A stretch of DNA of 64,000 nt from the NCBI GenBank assembly GCA_963755125.1, contig CAVWIP010000006.1, forward strand, positions 195,560 through 259,559. Direction: 5' to 3'. The notes under the pieces are model-generated. The model had not been told where the DNA came from, did no database searches, and saw nothing but the letters and a program-made list of their open reading frames with translations. The DNA comes from an uncultured delta proteobacterium. Lineage in GTDB: Bacteria > Myxococcota_A > Polyangia > Fen-1088. The translations under genes were made by a program, and so were the position numbers. Numbering within the stretch: position 1 is the stretch's first letter; each line of letters begins with the position of its first letter. Shown one piece after another: positions 31,335 through 41,654 of the stretch.

Positions 31335-33359
31335 TCAACGCCTTTTCCGAAGCCGAAGTGCGACCATGACAAGCCCGAGCAGCGCCAAACCTGGGTAGTT
31401 CCTTGTTTCGGCCACGGCGACGCGACAGGAGCAGCCGCCGCTACTTGCCTGGGTCGTACCGCTCGCGGTCGTCGCGCCACCCATCGTACCGAGTCCCGAA
31501 GTTCCCCCCGTGGCTATCTTGCCCCCGGTTCCGACTGGGCCAGTGCCAGCCACGGCCCCGCTTGCAGGCAATCCGCCAGCTCCCACTGCTCCGCCGCTCG
31601 CGATGCTGCTGCCCATTCCCACACCGCCGCCAGATCCGACCCTCCCTCCCATGGAAACTGCGCCACCCATTCCACTGCCTCCAGCCCCGCCCTCGGATTC
31701 CGTCGCTCCACTGCCTGCTGTGGTCCCGCCAGTTTTCGTAGCGCCACCGGAGCCGATCATTCCCCCACTGGCTGTAGCACCGCCGGCTCCCGCGATGCCG
31801 CCCGTTCCTGTCACGCCGGCACTTGCCGTGGTCCCGCCAGCATTCGTAGCACCACCGGAGCCCATCATGCCCCCACTTGTGGTGGCACCGCCGGCTCCCG
31901 TAATCCCGCCGGTTCCTGTCGCGCCACCACTTGCCGGTGTGTCGCGAGCGTCGACGGGAGGGACGGCGGCGTCGACCGGCTGGGGAATTCCGGCGTCGGT
32001 AGTTTCGGGTGGCGTGGTGGGTGTGCCAGCCGAGCAAGCGTCATCGGCTACTTCGTTAAGATACTTCTCGACGTTGGTATAGCCATCCCCGTTGTAATCG
32101 CCGTTGCCATCGCTGGGGTCATTCGGGTTCAGTCCGTGCGCGATTTCCCAGGCATCGGGCATGCCGTCGCCGTCGGTATCGTAGCCCGCGGGCCGCGTCA
32201 CCGGTGTCATGGCCGGCTGTCCTCCCACATCGCTTTCACTGCCGGTCATGGCGATGATGGCCCCCGTTTTCCCGAGCGAGCTAAGCTGAGCGACTAGGCG
32301 CAACTCGACTGCATCCCGATTCTGGCAGGTTCCCGCCTGAGTCAAGATTTGTGCATAGGCGTCCGCCGCGCTCAACACCGTGACGGGCACGGCCGGCTGA
32401 CTGTGCGCTGCCGTCTGGAACGTCGGCGGCGTATCGCCCACGAAATCCGTCTCGACCACCGCACGCCCATTGAGTTGGCCGTCTTGGTTCACATCCACCA
32501 TATTGCCGGTTTGGTAGACGAGGTCCGTATTGGCGTAGAAGGTGAGAAAGCCGACGACCGTCGTGGGACCGGCAATCAAATAGTTGTTGATGAGATCCTC
32601 GTACCAGTCCGCCGACGAGTGGCCTCCGATCACGCCGCCCCCATCGCCCCAGTCGTAGACCACGTTGTTGATGTACTGCCCGTTGGCCTTGAACTTCGGG
32701 TTGCGGCTCTCGTTGTCGATCCACAGGTTGCGGGCCACGGTGATGTTCTGGACCGAATCCATGATGGAGCCGAAGCGCTGCGGAGGCATGCCTTCGCCGA
32801 TGATCGAGTTTTGCAGGGTCACGGTGCTGCTGGTGCCGGTGACGCCGAAGTTGTCCCAGCGCCCCCACTGCACGGAAACGTGATCGAAGATCATGTTCTG
32901 GCCGTCCGTGATATTGACGGCCTTGGCTCCACTGTCGGTGTCGTTCATGCCCTGACGAAAACGCATAAAACGCACGATGATATTGGTTCGACTGCTGAAG
33001 CTGGTTTCCCTGCCATAGATCGTGACCCCCTCACTGGGGGCGCTCTGACCCGCCAGGGTGATGTTGTCGCCAGCGATCACGAGGGCGGAGCTCAGTGTGA
33101 TCACACCGCTGATATCGAACACCACGATGCGGTTGGAGCCGCTAACGGCTTCGCGCAACGATCCCGTCCCGGAATCGGCGAGGGTAGTCACGTGGACCAC
33201 CTGCCCGTTGCGCCCGCCGGTGACCATAGCCCCAAAACCTTCGGCCCCGGGGAAAGCCAGCGCGGCTGCCATGGCCTCGCCTGCGGCCATCGTTGCAATG
33301 ACTACCGCCGTGGTGCCACACCAATGGCGAAGACTCGGTGAAATAGATGCACGCATCAA
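31335..33359 (-). CDS. Pectate lyase-like (PL1) protein with Gly linker and MYXO-CTERM sorting tail
   Basis: AFPGAEGFG, GSLREA, TLAGQSAP, IFDHVS, RNPK, DTDGDGMPDAWE. C-terminal GGCSC + TM + RKRR. Confidence 0.88.
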   Translation of the reverse strand: MMRASISPSLRHWCGTTAVVIATMAAGEAMAAALAFPGAEGFGAMVTGGRNGQVVHVTTLADSGTGSLREAVSGSNRIVVFDISGVITLSSALVIAGDNITLAGQSAPSEGVTIYGRETSFSSRTNIIVRFMRFRQGMNDTDSGAKAVNITDGQNMIFDHVSVQWGRWDNFGVTGTSSTVTLQNSIIGEGMPPQRFGSIMDSVQNITVARNLWIDNESRNPKFKANGQYINNVVYDWGDGGGVIGGHSSADWYEDLINNYLIAGPTTVVGFLTFYANTDLVYQTGNMVDVNQDGQLNGRAVVETDFVGDTPPTFQTAAHSQPAVPVTVLSAADAYAQILTQAGTCQNRDAVELRLVAQLSSLGKTGAIIAMTGSESDVGGQPAMTPVTRPAGYDTDGDGMPDAWEIAHGLNPNDPSDGNGDYNGDGYTNVEKYLNEVADDACSAGTPTTPPETTDAGIPQPVDAAVPPVDARDTPASGGATGTGGITGAGGATTSGGMMGSGGATNAGGTTASAGVTGTGGIAGAGGATASGGMIGSGGATKTGGTTAGSGATESEGGAGGSGMGGAVSMGGRVGSGGGVGMGSSIASGGAVGAGGLPASGAVAGTGPVGTGGKIATGGTSGLGTMGGATTASGTTQASSGGCSCRVAVAETRNYPGLALLGLVMVALRLRKRR

Positions 33360-33439
33360 GATGACCTCCCGAGTTTACTAGTATAGTTGTCCATCGCCAG
33401 CCTGTCATCCGGGCGCTGCCATGCGCCCAAGAGATCATG

Positions 33440-33600
33440 TTGCGACGCCCGAGCCGCGTCGTCTGGTACTTATGCCCGGCGACCCTCTGCTTCTGGCGTC
33501 GGCCCTTGGCCGCACACTCGGGCGAGCAGTACTTGCACCGCTTGTCGCAGCTGCGGCACACCAGGAACGCCAGCCCACACAACTTACAAGTGCGATCCAG
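33440..33600 (-). pseudogene. Fragment of Cys-rich transposon accessory protein
   Basis: CKLCGLAFLVCRSCDKRCKYCSPEC...QRVAGHKYQTTRLGR, a motif I associate with IS21-linked accessory ORFs. Confidence 0.55.
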
Positions 33601-33689
33601 CAGGTCCACGCGGCGGTGCGCGCCGTCGTGGATCTGCCGACCAAATCGTGCAATGCAGGGAACTGCGTGGCTCGACCGTCCACGCGGTC

Positions 33690-33975
33690 GATCCACCTGA
33701 AGGCCCGGAGCGCCAACTCCGGGCCCTCGCTATACGGCGCTCGGCCCAACTCCTCCAGGCGTTGGTGGCCTGGTATGGCCGACCCTTGACCGCTGTGCTC
33801 GATGCGGACGCCCAGGACGTCGCCGCCCACCCGGAGCGTTGGGCGCTTCTGCTTGGTGACCTCGACGCCGAGACCATCCGAGTCGATTGGGTCCACTTCA
33901 CGCGCGCCGCGTTCCGGCGCGACCGCTTCATGGACGGGCTGGGAAGCTTCGCCCGCGCGCGCCGCCTGGTCCGTG
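33690..33975 (+). pseudogene. Frameshifted fragment of a transposon-associated hypothetical protein
   Basis: LLQALVAWYGRPLTAVLDADAQDV...HPERWALLLGDL...RDRFMDGLGSF. Family link is from recollection. Confidence 0.45.
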
Positions 33976-34118
33976 GCAAATATCAAGAGCGTCTACTCGG
34001 ACTCCCACACCATAACTCGCGACCTCATACCGAGTCTGAAGTAGAACCAGGGCCCGCGCTGTCGCGGTTGTCTTTGCTCGATCACCGAAGTAGGGTCAGT
34101 GCGTCGGTCTTGAAAGGG

Positions 34119-34197
34119 CGGACTGGAAGCCATCCGGCAGTTGCGCGCACGCGAGCCGCAACGGCGCATCCCCATCATCGCCGTGTCCGCAAGCGCG
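34119..34197 (+). pseudogene. 79-bp receiver-domain fragment
   Basis: GLEAIRQLRAREPQRRIPIIAVSASA, an inverted match to 62267-62345 with 7 mismatches by my count. Confidence 0.85.
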
Positions 34198-34375
34198 CAG
34201 GCGCTTTGAGCCGAGGACGAGGTACCCGGCCAAGGGTGCCTGTGCGGCACCATGGGCGCCGGCCCGGGCCAAGATTGGAGCACGACTCGATCTCGTGGCC
34301 ACGCCGTTCCGGGGCGCGCGGCACCTGGGCGCAGGTCGAGATCCGACGGAGCGACTGACTTGACCAACCCGCCGG

Positions 34376-36259
34376 TCAGGGCGTCGCGATGATCGCCGCA
34401 GCCACCGCTGCCCGGGCCGCGTTCATCGCCGTCTCATCGCTCTTCCAGAAGAAGCCCGAGACCGGCGCGGGACAGCCCTGCCGGGTGCAGCCTCCGAACT
34501 GGCCGTACACCGTGGTCACCTGTGTCTGGACGGTGCTGGTGATGCCTTTCGCGTCGGCTAACCGGAAGAGCGCCCAGTCCTGGAGGCCGTTGCGCACCAT
34601 CTTGAGACGGTAAGAGGGGATCGGGCCATCGATCGCCACTCCCGAAGGAGAGCCCACAGGCGAGAGCGTGCCCGCATGATTGCCGGGGTACACCATCACG
34701 CCGTCGCCCGTCATCCCATAGGCGATGTTCGGCCCCCATGGATTGTTGTCAGTCCAGTCTGCGATATCCCAATAGAGGAATCCCGTTGCCTTCTCGTACC
34801 ACGACCCCCACATGGCGATGACGGGCTCAAGACCGTCCAGCGTGTTGGTCGCGAAGGTCGGATACGGCGGGTCCACGGAGTTGCTCTCGTAGAACCAGAG
34901 CTGCGTTCCCTGTGCGAAAAGGCTCGGCCAATCGGCGCGGCCGTAGTCCGTTTCGCCGTTCCAGTTGTCGTACCAGGGGAGGTTGACCGTGAAGATCCCT
35001 ATCGCTGGCCCGAGCACGGCGATGTTGGCGCTGCTCGGAGACGTGGTGTCCATAACGTGTGCCTTCCAGTCCGGATCCCCTTGCTGGAGCCACGCAGAAC
35101 CCTGCGCGATGGCGGGGAAGCTCGACGCATCCGGCTCGTCGAGGGCGTACACAATGACCTTGCCGAACCAGCCCTTCGCCTTCAGGTGCGAGGCCCAGGC
35201 AGAAGAAAGCGCCACGTATTGCGTTTGCGTACAGGTGTCGACTCCCCAGGTTGCCCCGGGCGAGAAGGGCGCATCGGTGCGACTGCTCGGCACGCCATCG
35301 GCCCAATAGGTGCCGCTCATGTACGGCGTCATCGCAGCGTCGTAGGCGCTCCAGTCGGTGGGGACATTGCACCCGTTGACCATGTCGGGCACGAAGTTCT
35401 GACCCGTATCGATGCGGTGGTCGTGAGCGAGCTCCTCATACCGCTTGGTGATGGCCAGGCCCTGTGCGTTCTCGTTCAGGTAGCAGTTCTTCCCGGTACT
35501 GTCGCAGGTCGCGATGCCCGCGTGGTACTCGAGAAGGGCGCCGATGGACATCTTGAAGTGTGTCGTCACCGACCGCATGTCCGGCAGGTCGATGTCCCAG
35601 ACCGTGACCGAGAGCGGTACGCTGGCGGACAAGCCACTGGCTGTGACCTGTATGCTGCCGGTGTAGGTACCGGCGCTGGTGCCGCCGGGAACGTAGATGT
35701 CGACCCAGACAGGCTGGTTCGTGTTCTCCGCCACGTCGAACGGCTGTCCGACGTTCGCGCCCGTGTAGGGATCGACCATCGGGATGAGAGGATCGGGGAT
35801 CTGGGGGTCGTTGGTGGGGGACTTGGCGGGGACCGGGACATTGCCAGGTGTAGCCGTGACCCCCGTGAAGTCGATGAAGTACTCGCGGAAAAAGGACACG
35901 TTACTCATCGGCAACGTGTGGCCGACGCCGTCGCTGAGATCGGAAGCGACGGCCACACTCACCTGCTGTAGGTTGCCACCCTTCCCGTAGACCACCAACT
36001 GCGCGGAAGCCCATGCCGAACGGGCGGTCGAGACGGAGATTGACGTTTCTGTCCCAGGGGCGGTCGTGGGCTGCACTTTCCCCCCCACGCCCGTGGTCCA
36101 GATCGAAAGGGTGCCGGGGGGGCCGGGCGGAACTCCCGAGCCGTCCGGGGCTTCCGAGCCAGTACCTCCCGATCCCACCGCGTCGTGTGCCGTGGAGCCG
36201 GAGCTGCCGCAGCCAGAGATTGAGGGGAGAAGCAGCGCCCAGACGAGTCCCCGGAACAT
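34376..36259 (-). CDS. Lipoprotein with DUF4091/GH123-like domain
   Basis: Lipobox ISGC, IPDPLIP, NQPVWVDIYVP...AGTYTG, YALDEP, GFLYW, GDGVMVYPG, PSYRLKMVRNGLQD. Confidence 0.8.
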   Translation of the reverse strand: MFRGLVWALLLPSISGCGSSGSTAHDAVGSGGTGSEAPDGSGVPPGPPGTLSIWTTGVGGKVQPTTAPGTETSISVSTARSAWASAQLVVYGKGGNLQQVSVAVASDLSDGVGHTLPMSNVSFFREYFIDFTGVTATPGNVPVPAKSPTNDPQIPDPLIPMVDPYTGANVGQPFDVAENTNQPVWVDIYVPGGTSAGTYTGSIQVTASGLSASVPLSVTVWDIDLPDMRSVTTHFKMSIGALLEYHAGIATCDSTGKNCYLNENAQGLAITKRYEELAHDHRIDTGQNFVPDMVNGCNVPTDWSAYDAAMTPYMSGTYWADGVPSSRTDAPFSPGATWGVDTCTQTQYVALSSAWASHLKAKGWFGKVIVYALDEPDASSFPAIAQGSAWLQQGDPDWKAHVMDTTSPSSANIAVLGPAIGIFTVNLPWYDNWNGETDYGRADWPSLFAQGTQLWFYESNSVDPPYPTFATNTLDGLEPVIAMWGSWYEKATGFLYWDIADWTDNNPWGPNIAYGMTGDGVMVYPGNHAGTLSPVGSPSGVAIDGPIPSYRLKMVRNGLQDWALFRLADAKGITSTVQTQVTTVYGQFGGCTRQGCPAPVSGFFWKSDETAMNAARAAVAAAIIATP

Positions 36260-36503
36260 TATGGGAATACATTACGCTCGATTTCGTATACGCGTCCAGT
36301 GACAAGGACCGCGAGGCACGTCCTCGGAACCACAAGGCCACCCGTGGTGGCTAGTGCGCCGGTCAAAACCGGCAGAAAGAAGAGGATGAAAGAGCCTTCC
36401 ATCGAAGGAGTAGCGACCACGATGACTCCGAGTCATGCGCAGGGCTTCCGCTGCATTCGCTCGATGTTCGCAGATGTGATCAAGGCGATGACGAGCCGCG
36501 GTA

Positions 36504-36715
36504 GTCACGCTGAAACTTGAGGACTACCTGTCCTGGTGCTCCGTTTCGGTCAACGGAGGAGTCGCATCCACGAACGCGACACAGACCGCTGACCGCCCCG
36601 CCGGGGACCGTAGTTCCGCTGTCGGGAGATGCCGCCAGCAGCGTGTTCGTCTGGGGGTATTGGGTGGGCACCGATGCGGACACTGGAGCCAGCCACGACA
36701 CGGGCCAGTCGGCCA
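36504..36715 (+). pseudogene. Frameshifted fragment paralogous to lipoprotein 42342-42755
   Basis: VTLKLEDYLSWCSVSVN...(+1)...GTVVPLSGDAASSVFVWGYWVGTD. Confidence 0.85.
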
Positions 36716-36880
36716 AGCCAGTCAGCTTGGACTCACGGTGGGCAAAGTCTATCCCTTGGCGGTATTCAATGCCGAAAGACACACCACCCAGTCCAATTTC
36801 CGTATCGACACCACACTTGTCTTTACCGATTGTGGCCAGATAATCCAATAGCCCCGTTGTTTACGTGGACGTCCGTGCCC
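36713..36880 (+). pseudogene. 3' fragment plus trailer of a fibro-slime gene
   Basis: Near-identical to 28121-28288 (QASQLGL..DCGQIIQ* plus ~30 nt downstream). Confidence 0.9.
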
Positions 36881-37076
36881 TCTGATTTCCGACGGTGGCG
36901 ATGATGGACAGTGGGAGTGACAAGCGCGACGCGCTGTCATGCGCAATCGCGAGACGGATGTTTGGCTGCGGGTTGCGATTCTTCGGTTGCAAACTCGCGG
37001 GCGAGGCGGCAGAAGGTCCTGGGTTGCAACCGGGCACAAACCCCGGACGGCTGGCCCTTCGCCACGGGAGATTTTC

Positions 37077-38138
37077 ATGAAGCTGCTTTCGTCGATTCTT
37101 GTGGTGCTGCTCGCTAGCGCCACCTCGCCCAGGGATGCGGTTTCGGCGCAGGGCAAGAAAGCAAGACAGGAGCCGGCAGGGACCTACCGCGTGTTGCAGA
37201 AAATCCCGGTGCCGGGAGATGGCGGCTACGACTACCTCTTTCTCGACGAGGCGGCCAATCGGCTGTACGTCTCGCACGGCACCGAGGTGGCAGTGCTCGA
37301 TGCAACCACGGGTGCGATCATCGGTGTAGTCGCGGGCCTTGCCGGCGTACACGGCATCAGCGTGGTATCCGAGATCGGCAAGGGGTTCATCACGAACGGG
37401 AAGTCGGGGATGGTCACGGTTTTCGATCCCAAGACACTGAAGTCCACGGCCGAGATCAAGAGCACGGGCAAGAACCCCGATGCCCTTGTCTATGACCCGG
37501 CCTCGCGCCGTCTGTTTGTGTTCAACCACAGCAGTGGCCAGGTCACGGTGATCGATCCTGCGATGAATGTGGTGACCACGACTCTCGACGTGGGGGGCGC
37601 TCTGGAGTTTGGGCGTGCCGACGGCCGGGGCAGCGTGTGGGTCAATGTCGAGGATAGGAGCGAGATTGTGCGCATCGACTCCAAGAAGATGGCGATTGCC
37701 GGGCGGTTCCCCCTGGCGCCGTGCGAGGAGCCGACTGGTCTGGCTCTGGACGCCAAGCACGGTCGCTTGTTTGTCGGCTGCGGCAACAGCATGATGGCCG
37801 TGGTCGACGCCAGTTCCGGCAAGGTCATCACCACGCTTGCCATCGGTCCGGGTGTAGACGGCACGGATTTCGATGCCACGACGGGGGATGTCTTCAATGC
37901 GTGCGGCAAGGATGGCACGCTGTCCGTGATCCACCAGGACGCTGCGGACAAGTACCATATCGTGCAGAATCTCAGCACCCAGCCTCGTGCGCGAACCCTG
38001 GCGGTGGATACCACGTCTCACCGGGTGTTTCTTCCGGCGGCCCAGTTTGGCGACAAGCCGGCACCGTCGGTGGCCGATCCCAAACCGAGGGCGCCCACGG
38101 CGCCCGGTACGTTCGTCGTGTTGGTTGTCGGCAAGTAG
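37077..38138 (+). CDS. Secreted YncE-family beta-propeller protein
   Basis: GGGAGA RBS, signal peptide, GDGGYDYL, RLYVSH, GVHGI, PCEEPTGLA, GPGVD, ARTLAVD. Confidence 0.88.
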   Translation: MKLLSSILVVLLASATSPRDAVSAQGKKARQEPAGTYRVLQKIPVPGDGGYDYLFLDEAANRLYVSHGTEVAVLDATTGAIIGVVAGLAGVHGISVVSEIGKGFITNGKSGMVTVFDPKTLKSTAEIKSTGKNPDALVYDPASRRLFVFNHSSGQVTVIDPAMNVVTTTLDVGGALEFGRADGRGSVWVNVEDRSEIVRIDSKKMAIAGRFPLAPCEEPTGLALDAKHGRLFVGCGNSMMAVVDASSGKVITTLAIGPGVDGTDFDATTGDVFNACGKDGTLSVIHQDAADKYHIVQNLSTQPRARTLAVDTTSHRVFLPAAQFGDKPAPSVADPKPRAPTAPGTFVVLVVGK

Positions 38139-38208
38139 TCGGTGGTAGTGATCGATGAACAAGAGTGAAGATCGCGGCTACCTTGCCTGACTCACGCTCA
38201 GGCGATGG

Positions 38209-38422
38209 GACCGTCCCGCAGGGGACCGTGGTTCCGCTGTCGGGAGATGCCGCCAGCAGCGTGTTCGTCTGGGGGTATTGGGTGGGCACCGATGCGGACA
38301 CTGGACCCAGCCACGACACGGGCCAGTCGGCCACCGTCACGATGGACAAGAGTAGGGTGATCCAGGCTTGCTGCCCCTTCGCATCGAGCCCGAGCACACC
38401 CTGTCCAGCGCCGACATCGTAG
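38209..38422 (+). pseudogene. Second fragment (C-terminal half) paralogous to lipoprotein 42342-42755
   Basis: TVPQGTVVPLSGDAASSVFVWGYW...QACCPFASSPSTPCPAPTS*. Confidence 0.85.
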
Positions 38423-38639
38423 ACGAACGCCCCGGCGGGCGTCTACGATCCCAACCATTTCCTGCTCCGCACAGAGTTTCTGCGGCGGACAACTTCTGCA
38501 CCGGCTGTGGGTGACCGGGGAAGTCCACAAGCCCGTCCTATATCACGCGAAGCAATTGGCCGCCCCCAAGGCCGCGTAACCGCACCGAGCGAGACCCACC
38601 GACCATGAGGAATTGGCGTGCCCTCACCGAATATGGCAA

Positions 38640-39407
38640 TCATTCATCGAAAGGTTTCGGCGGAAGGAGAACTTGTAGGCCGAAATAGCCGACGAAATAG
38701 GGTTGGCTGTTGCTCACGGGCGCGACGCTTCGACCAGCCATCAACAGAAGAATCAGCAGCGGATGTAACTTGTAGCGTGCTCCTGCCCCAATCGTGTCTT
38801 GGCTCGTTCTGAACGTCCCGATTCCATAGAGTTCAACGTCCAGCTCCAACCGATTGGTCATTTCATGCCCGGCCACAAGTCCCACCAGCCATCCGTCAGG
38901 ACCCAAATGAACAAAGTCGTACCCGATCTCCCAGTTCACGTGTATGGGTCCCAGCCTTTTTGAAAACTCCACCGGCACGGTGAGACTCGCACCCGGCGGG
39001 GTGATGCCTCGCCGGACTGAATCATCGGGGTTGTTGATGGCGAGCTGCGGGAAGACAGAGATTCCAAGTCCAGATGTTTCGCCTTGATAAAGATGCCACT
39101 TCACCCCGAGTACATCCTGGCCCAAGCCGTACTCTGCGGACGTTTGATGTGCCTTCACACGCAACCAAGCGTTCTCGAAGGTCAGCTGGATGCTTTTGCC
39201 CAGGCCGAAATTGATGTCCAGGTCGGGCGTATGGACGGTTGACTGGCCGTTGTAGAGAAACGGCATGTATCCCAGGTTGATTTCCCAGCTCATATCACCT
39301 GGCGTCTGAGGATCGTTCGTGTAGTACGGCGGTCCGCCTTGGGCTCTGAGCTTGCCGGGCAAGCCAAGGACAAGAGAGAAAGAGAGAAGGAAGAGAGAGA
39401 ACCGCAT
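38640..39407 (-). CDS. Secreted, probable outer-membrane beta-barrel protein (start uncertain, up to 39506)
   Basis: Signal ending LRA-QGGPPYYTNDP, amphipathic beta strands, C-terminal YFGLQV. Confidence 0.7.
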   Translation of the reverse strand: MRFSLFLLSFSLVLGLPGKLRAQGGPPYYTNDPQTPGDMSWEINLGYMPFLYNGQSTVHTPDLDINFGLGKSIQLTFENAWLRVKAHQTSAEYGLGQDVLGVKWHLYQGETSGLGISVFPQLAINNPDDSVRRGITPPGASLTVPVEFSKRLGPIHVNWEIGYDFVHLGPDGWLVGLVAGHEMTNRLELDVELYGIGTFRTSQDTIGAGARYKLHPLLILLLMAGRSVAPVSNSQPYFVGYFGLQVLLPPKPFDE

Positions 39408-39668
39408 CCTCCAGGTGATTCTTCCAAACAGGCCCTCGGGGTTCTTCGATGGCCTCGCGCTCCCAATCACGGCAGCGATAGCTTGCTCAGGAGCGTTCAT
39501 GTCCACTTCAACTCGGTGCTGGCCCTGGTGATGAACACCACGTGGTGGGTAGAGGACCCTGAAGCAGACGCAAGTCTTTGCCCAGTTTTCCTATAGGACA
39601 CCCTTTCAGGGTTACGGACATGCCTCGAAGCAATGCTGGCGCAATGAGCACGCGAGTCCCCTTTTGGC

Positions 39669-41045
39669 CTATTTGGCCAGGTTGGCAATCTCCGTCGCTG
39701 TCAAGACCCGGTTGTAGAGTTGCAAGTCATCGACCAAGCCATTCCAGAGTTCTGTAATGGCGCCGCTGGCGTCGTTCTGGTTGCCACAGATGGTCAGCTT
39801 CGATGTGTCTGCCTTGAAGACATCGCTAGAACTCTTGCTCGTCACCTGTGCGCCGTTGACGTAGATGCGCGCAGTGGTTCCGTCGTGTGTGGCGGCCATG
39901 TGTGTCCAGATACCCATCGGGACCGTGGTGGTCGAAAGCACGCCCGACAAGCCGTAGAACTCTGCATCGTCTCCTGACAAGCCCAACCAGTAGTATTGAC
40001 CATTGGTGGTGCCGGTCTCTCTCGACAGGACCGCCGAGAAACCAGTGGTGGCGCTTAATCGATTGACCCATGCCGCGATGGTGACGCCTGTCGTGATCCC
40101 GTCCAGGCTGACTGAGTCGTTGACCAAAGCACCGCCTGAGCCGTCGCACTTGAGGGCACCACCCGTGCGCCCGGTTGTCCAGGCCGAGGCCGGGTTCAGC
40201 CCGGTGAGAGTGGCGGTGTTGCCATTACCCGAGGCGTCCGTGGCCGTGTCACTTCCCGCCGCTTCATCCATCTTCCACCACGCAACCAGGCCAGCCGGAA
40301 GAGAAACCGAGCCGCCACTACCACCCGTGGCTGAAGTACTGCCGGATCCAGCCGTGCCACCAGTGGCGCCACCGCCGGTGCCCCCAGCCCCTCCGGTGTC
40401 GACCGAGCCGTTGGTCCCAGCAGTGGCGCCACCGCCGGTGCCCCCAGCCCCTCCGGTGTCAACCGAGCCGTTGGTCCCAGCAGTGGCGCCACCGCCGGTG
40501 CCCCCAGCCCCTCCGGTGTCGACCGAGCCGTCGGTCCCACCCGTGGCGCCACCGTCAGTGCCCCCAGCTCCTCCGGTGTCAACCGAGCCGTCGGTCCCAC
40601 CCGTGGCGCCACCGTCAGTGCCCCCAGCTCCTCCGGTGTCAACCGAGCCGTCGGTCCCACCCGTGGCGCCACCGTCAGTGCCCCCAGCTCCTCCGGTGTC
40701 AACCGAGCCATCGGTCCCCAAGGGTAGGTCGGTGCGCCTGTCGGCGGCATCCCCCATCGAGCTTCCGGCGTCCGCCAAAGCACCCACCTCGAACATTGCG
40801 CTCGCCCAATCAGAACCAACTTCGACGACCGAATCTTGCACACCGAGGTTTTGGTCGAACGGGTGATCGAGCAATGCATCCACTTCCGTCGCGTCCGTGT
40901 CCCGCGCGACCGCTTCGCTAGCACCTGAATCCGCAAATCGCCGAGGGCGCAATCTGCTGGCGTCGAACGAGCAAGCCGCGGCGAGCACAACCGCCACAAA
41001 CGCGGCTACTGCAAGGATCAGCCTGCTCTCTCGAACATGCGGCAT
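39669..41045 (-). CDS. Lipoprotein, Asp/Gly linker + LamG-like jellyroll domain (start uncertain)
   Basis: Lipobox AAAC, GLVAWWKMDE, DASGNGN, TIAAWV, WTHMAAT, IYVNG, GLVDDLQLYNRVLT. Confidence 0.85.
   Translation of the reverse strand: MPHVRESRLILAVAAFVAVVLAAACSFDASRLRPRRFADSGASEAVARDTDATEVDALLDHPFDQNLGVQDSVVEVGSDWASAMFEVGALADAGSSMGDAADRRTDLPLGTDGSVDTGGAGGTDGGATGGTDGSVDTGGAGGTDGGATGGTDGSVDTGGAGGTDGGATGGTDGSVDTGGAGGTGGGATAGTNGSVDTGGAGGTGGGATAGTNGSVDTGGAGGTGGGATGGTAGSGSTSATGGSGGSVSLPAGLVAWWKMDEAAGSDTATDASGNGNTATLTGLNPASAWTTGRTGGALKCDGSGGALVNDSVSLDGITTGVTIAAWVNRLSATTGFSAVLSRETGTTNGQYYWLGLSGDDAEFYGLSGVLSTTTVPMGIWTHMAATHDGTTARIYVNGAQVTSKSSSDVFKADTSKLTICGNQNDASGAITELWNGLVDDLQLYNRVLTATEIANLAK
40361..40720. 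repeat. Six 60-bp coding tandem repeats
   Basis: Unit encodes GT(D/N)GSVDTGGAGGT(D/G)GGAT(G/A). Confidence 0.9.
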
Positions 41046-41303
41046 GCCTTCAGCGGACTTCCCATCGGGCGCACTCGGCGGCTCCATGGCTAGATGGCGC
41101 CTGGTGTTACTCTCGGTGCGCACGATTTTGGATCCATCGACATTTCGGTCTTCGACATGAAGACTCGGCGAATCCCTTGGCCGTGGACGGTCGCTGGCGC
41201 ACGATGACTAGCCCGGCCACCAGTTCGCGCTGGCCCTTCGCGGTCCGTTGCAGTTCGCGCGCCGAGAGCACGCCTCGCGCTTGCAATCGTTGTCGCTGCA
41301 GAT

Positions 41304-41394
41304 CCAAACGTGGGCAAACGGGATTCCGTGTCACCCTGTTGGTGGAGGCATGACCTAGTGAATCATAGAAGTCCGAGGACGCACACGTGTACAC
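41304..41394. repeat. ~170-bp intergenic repeat, copy 2 (5' half only)
   Basis: CCAAACGTGGGCAAACGGGATT...GGTGGAGGCATGACC...CATAGAAGTCCGAGG...GTGTACAC. Confidence 0.85.
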
Positions 41395-41654
41395 AAACCC
41401 CCTTTTCCACGTTCTACCCAAGACCGAACCCGCTTCCAACGCAAGGTGGAATGTTCAGTGGCGAGGATATTGTTGTTGGGCGTTACAGCCAATAAGGGAC
41501 ACGCCGAGCGAGCAGCACACTGTCCTCGTGATCGCTCGTCCGTCGCGAGATCGCCCCCTCGATGGCCGTGATGCCGGACAGATGAGAGCAAGAACACCGA
41601 CGTCTACAGCTTTGATCGCTTCTTCATCGGCCACGTTCGCCAGACCACCGCCAT

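Noticed and set aside
28121..36880. Fibro-slime 3' end and its non-coding copy as a DGR VR/TR pair
   Set aside because: Mismatches are not restricted to adenines, are mostly synonymous, and no reverse transcriptase is in the window.
38416..38449. Hairpin ATCGTAGAC...GTCTACGAT as a REP element
   Set aside because: Single copy located at the stop of a pseudogene fragment, more likely a residual terminator. No RAYT gene is present.
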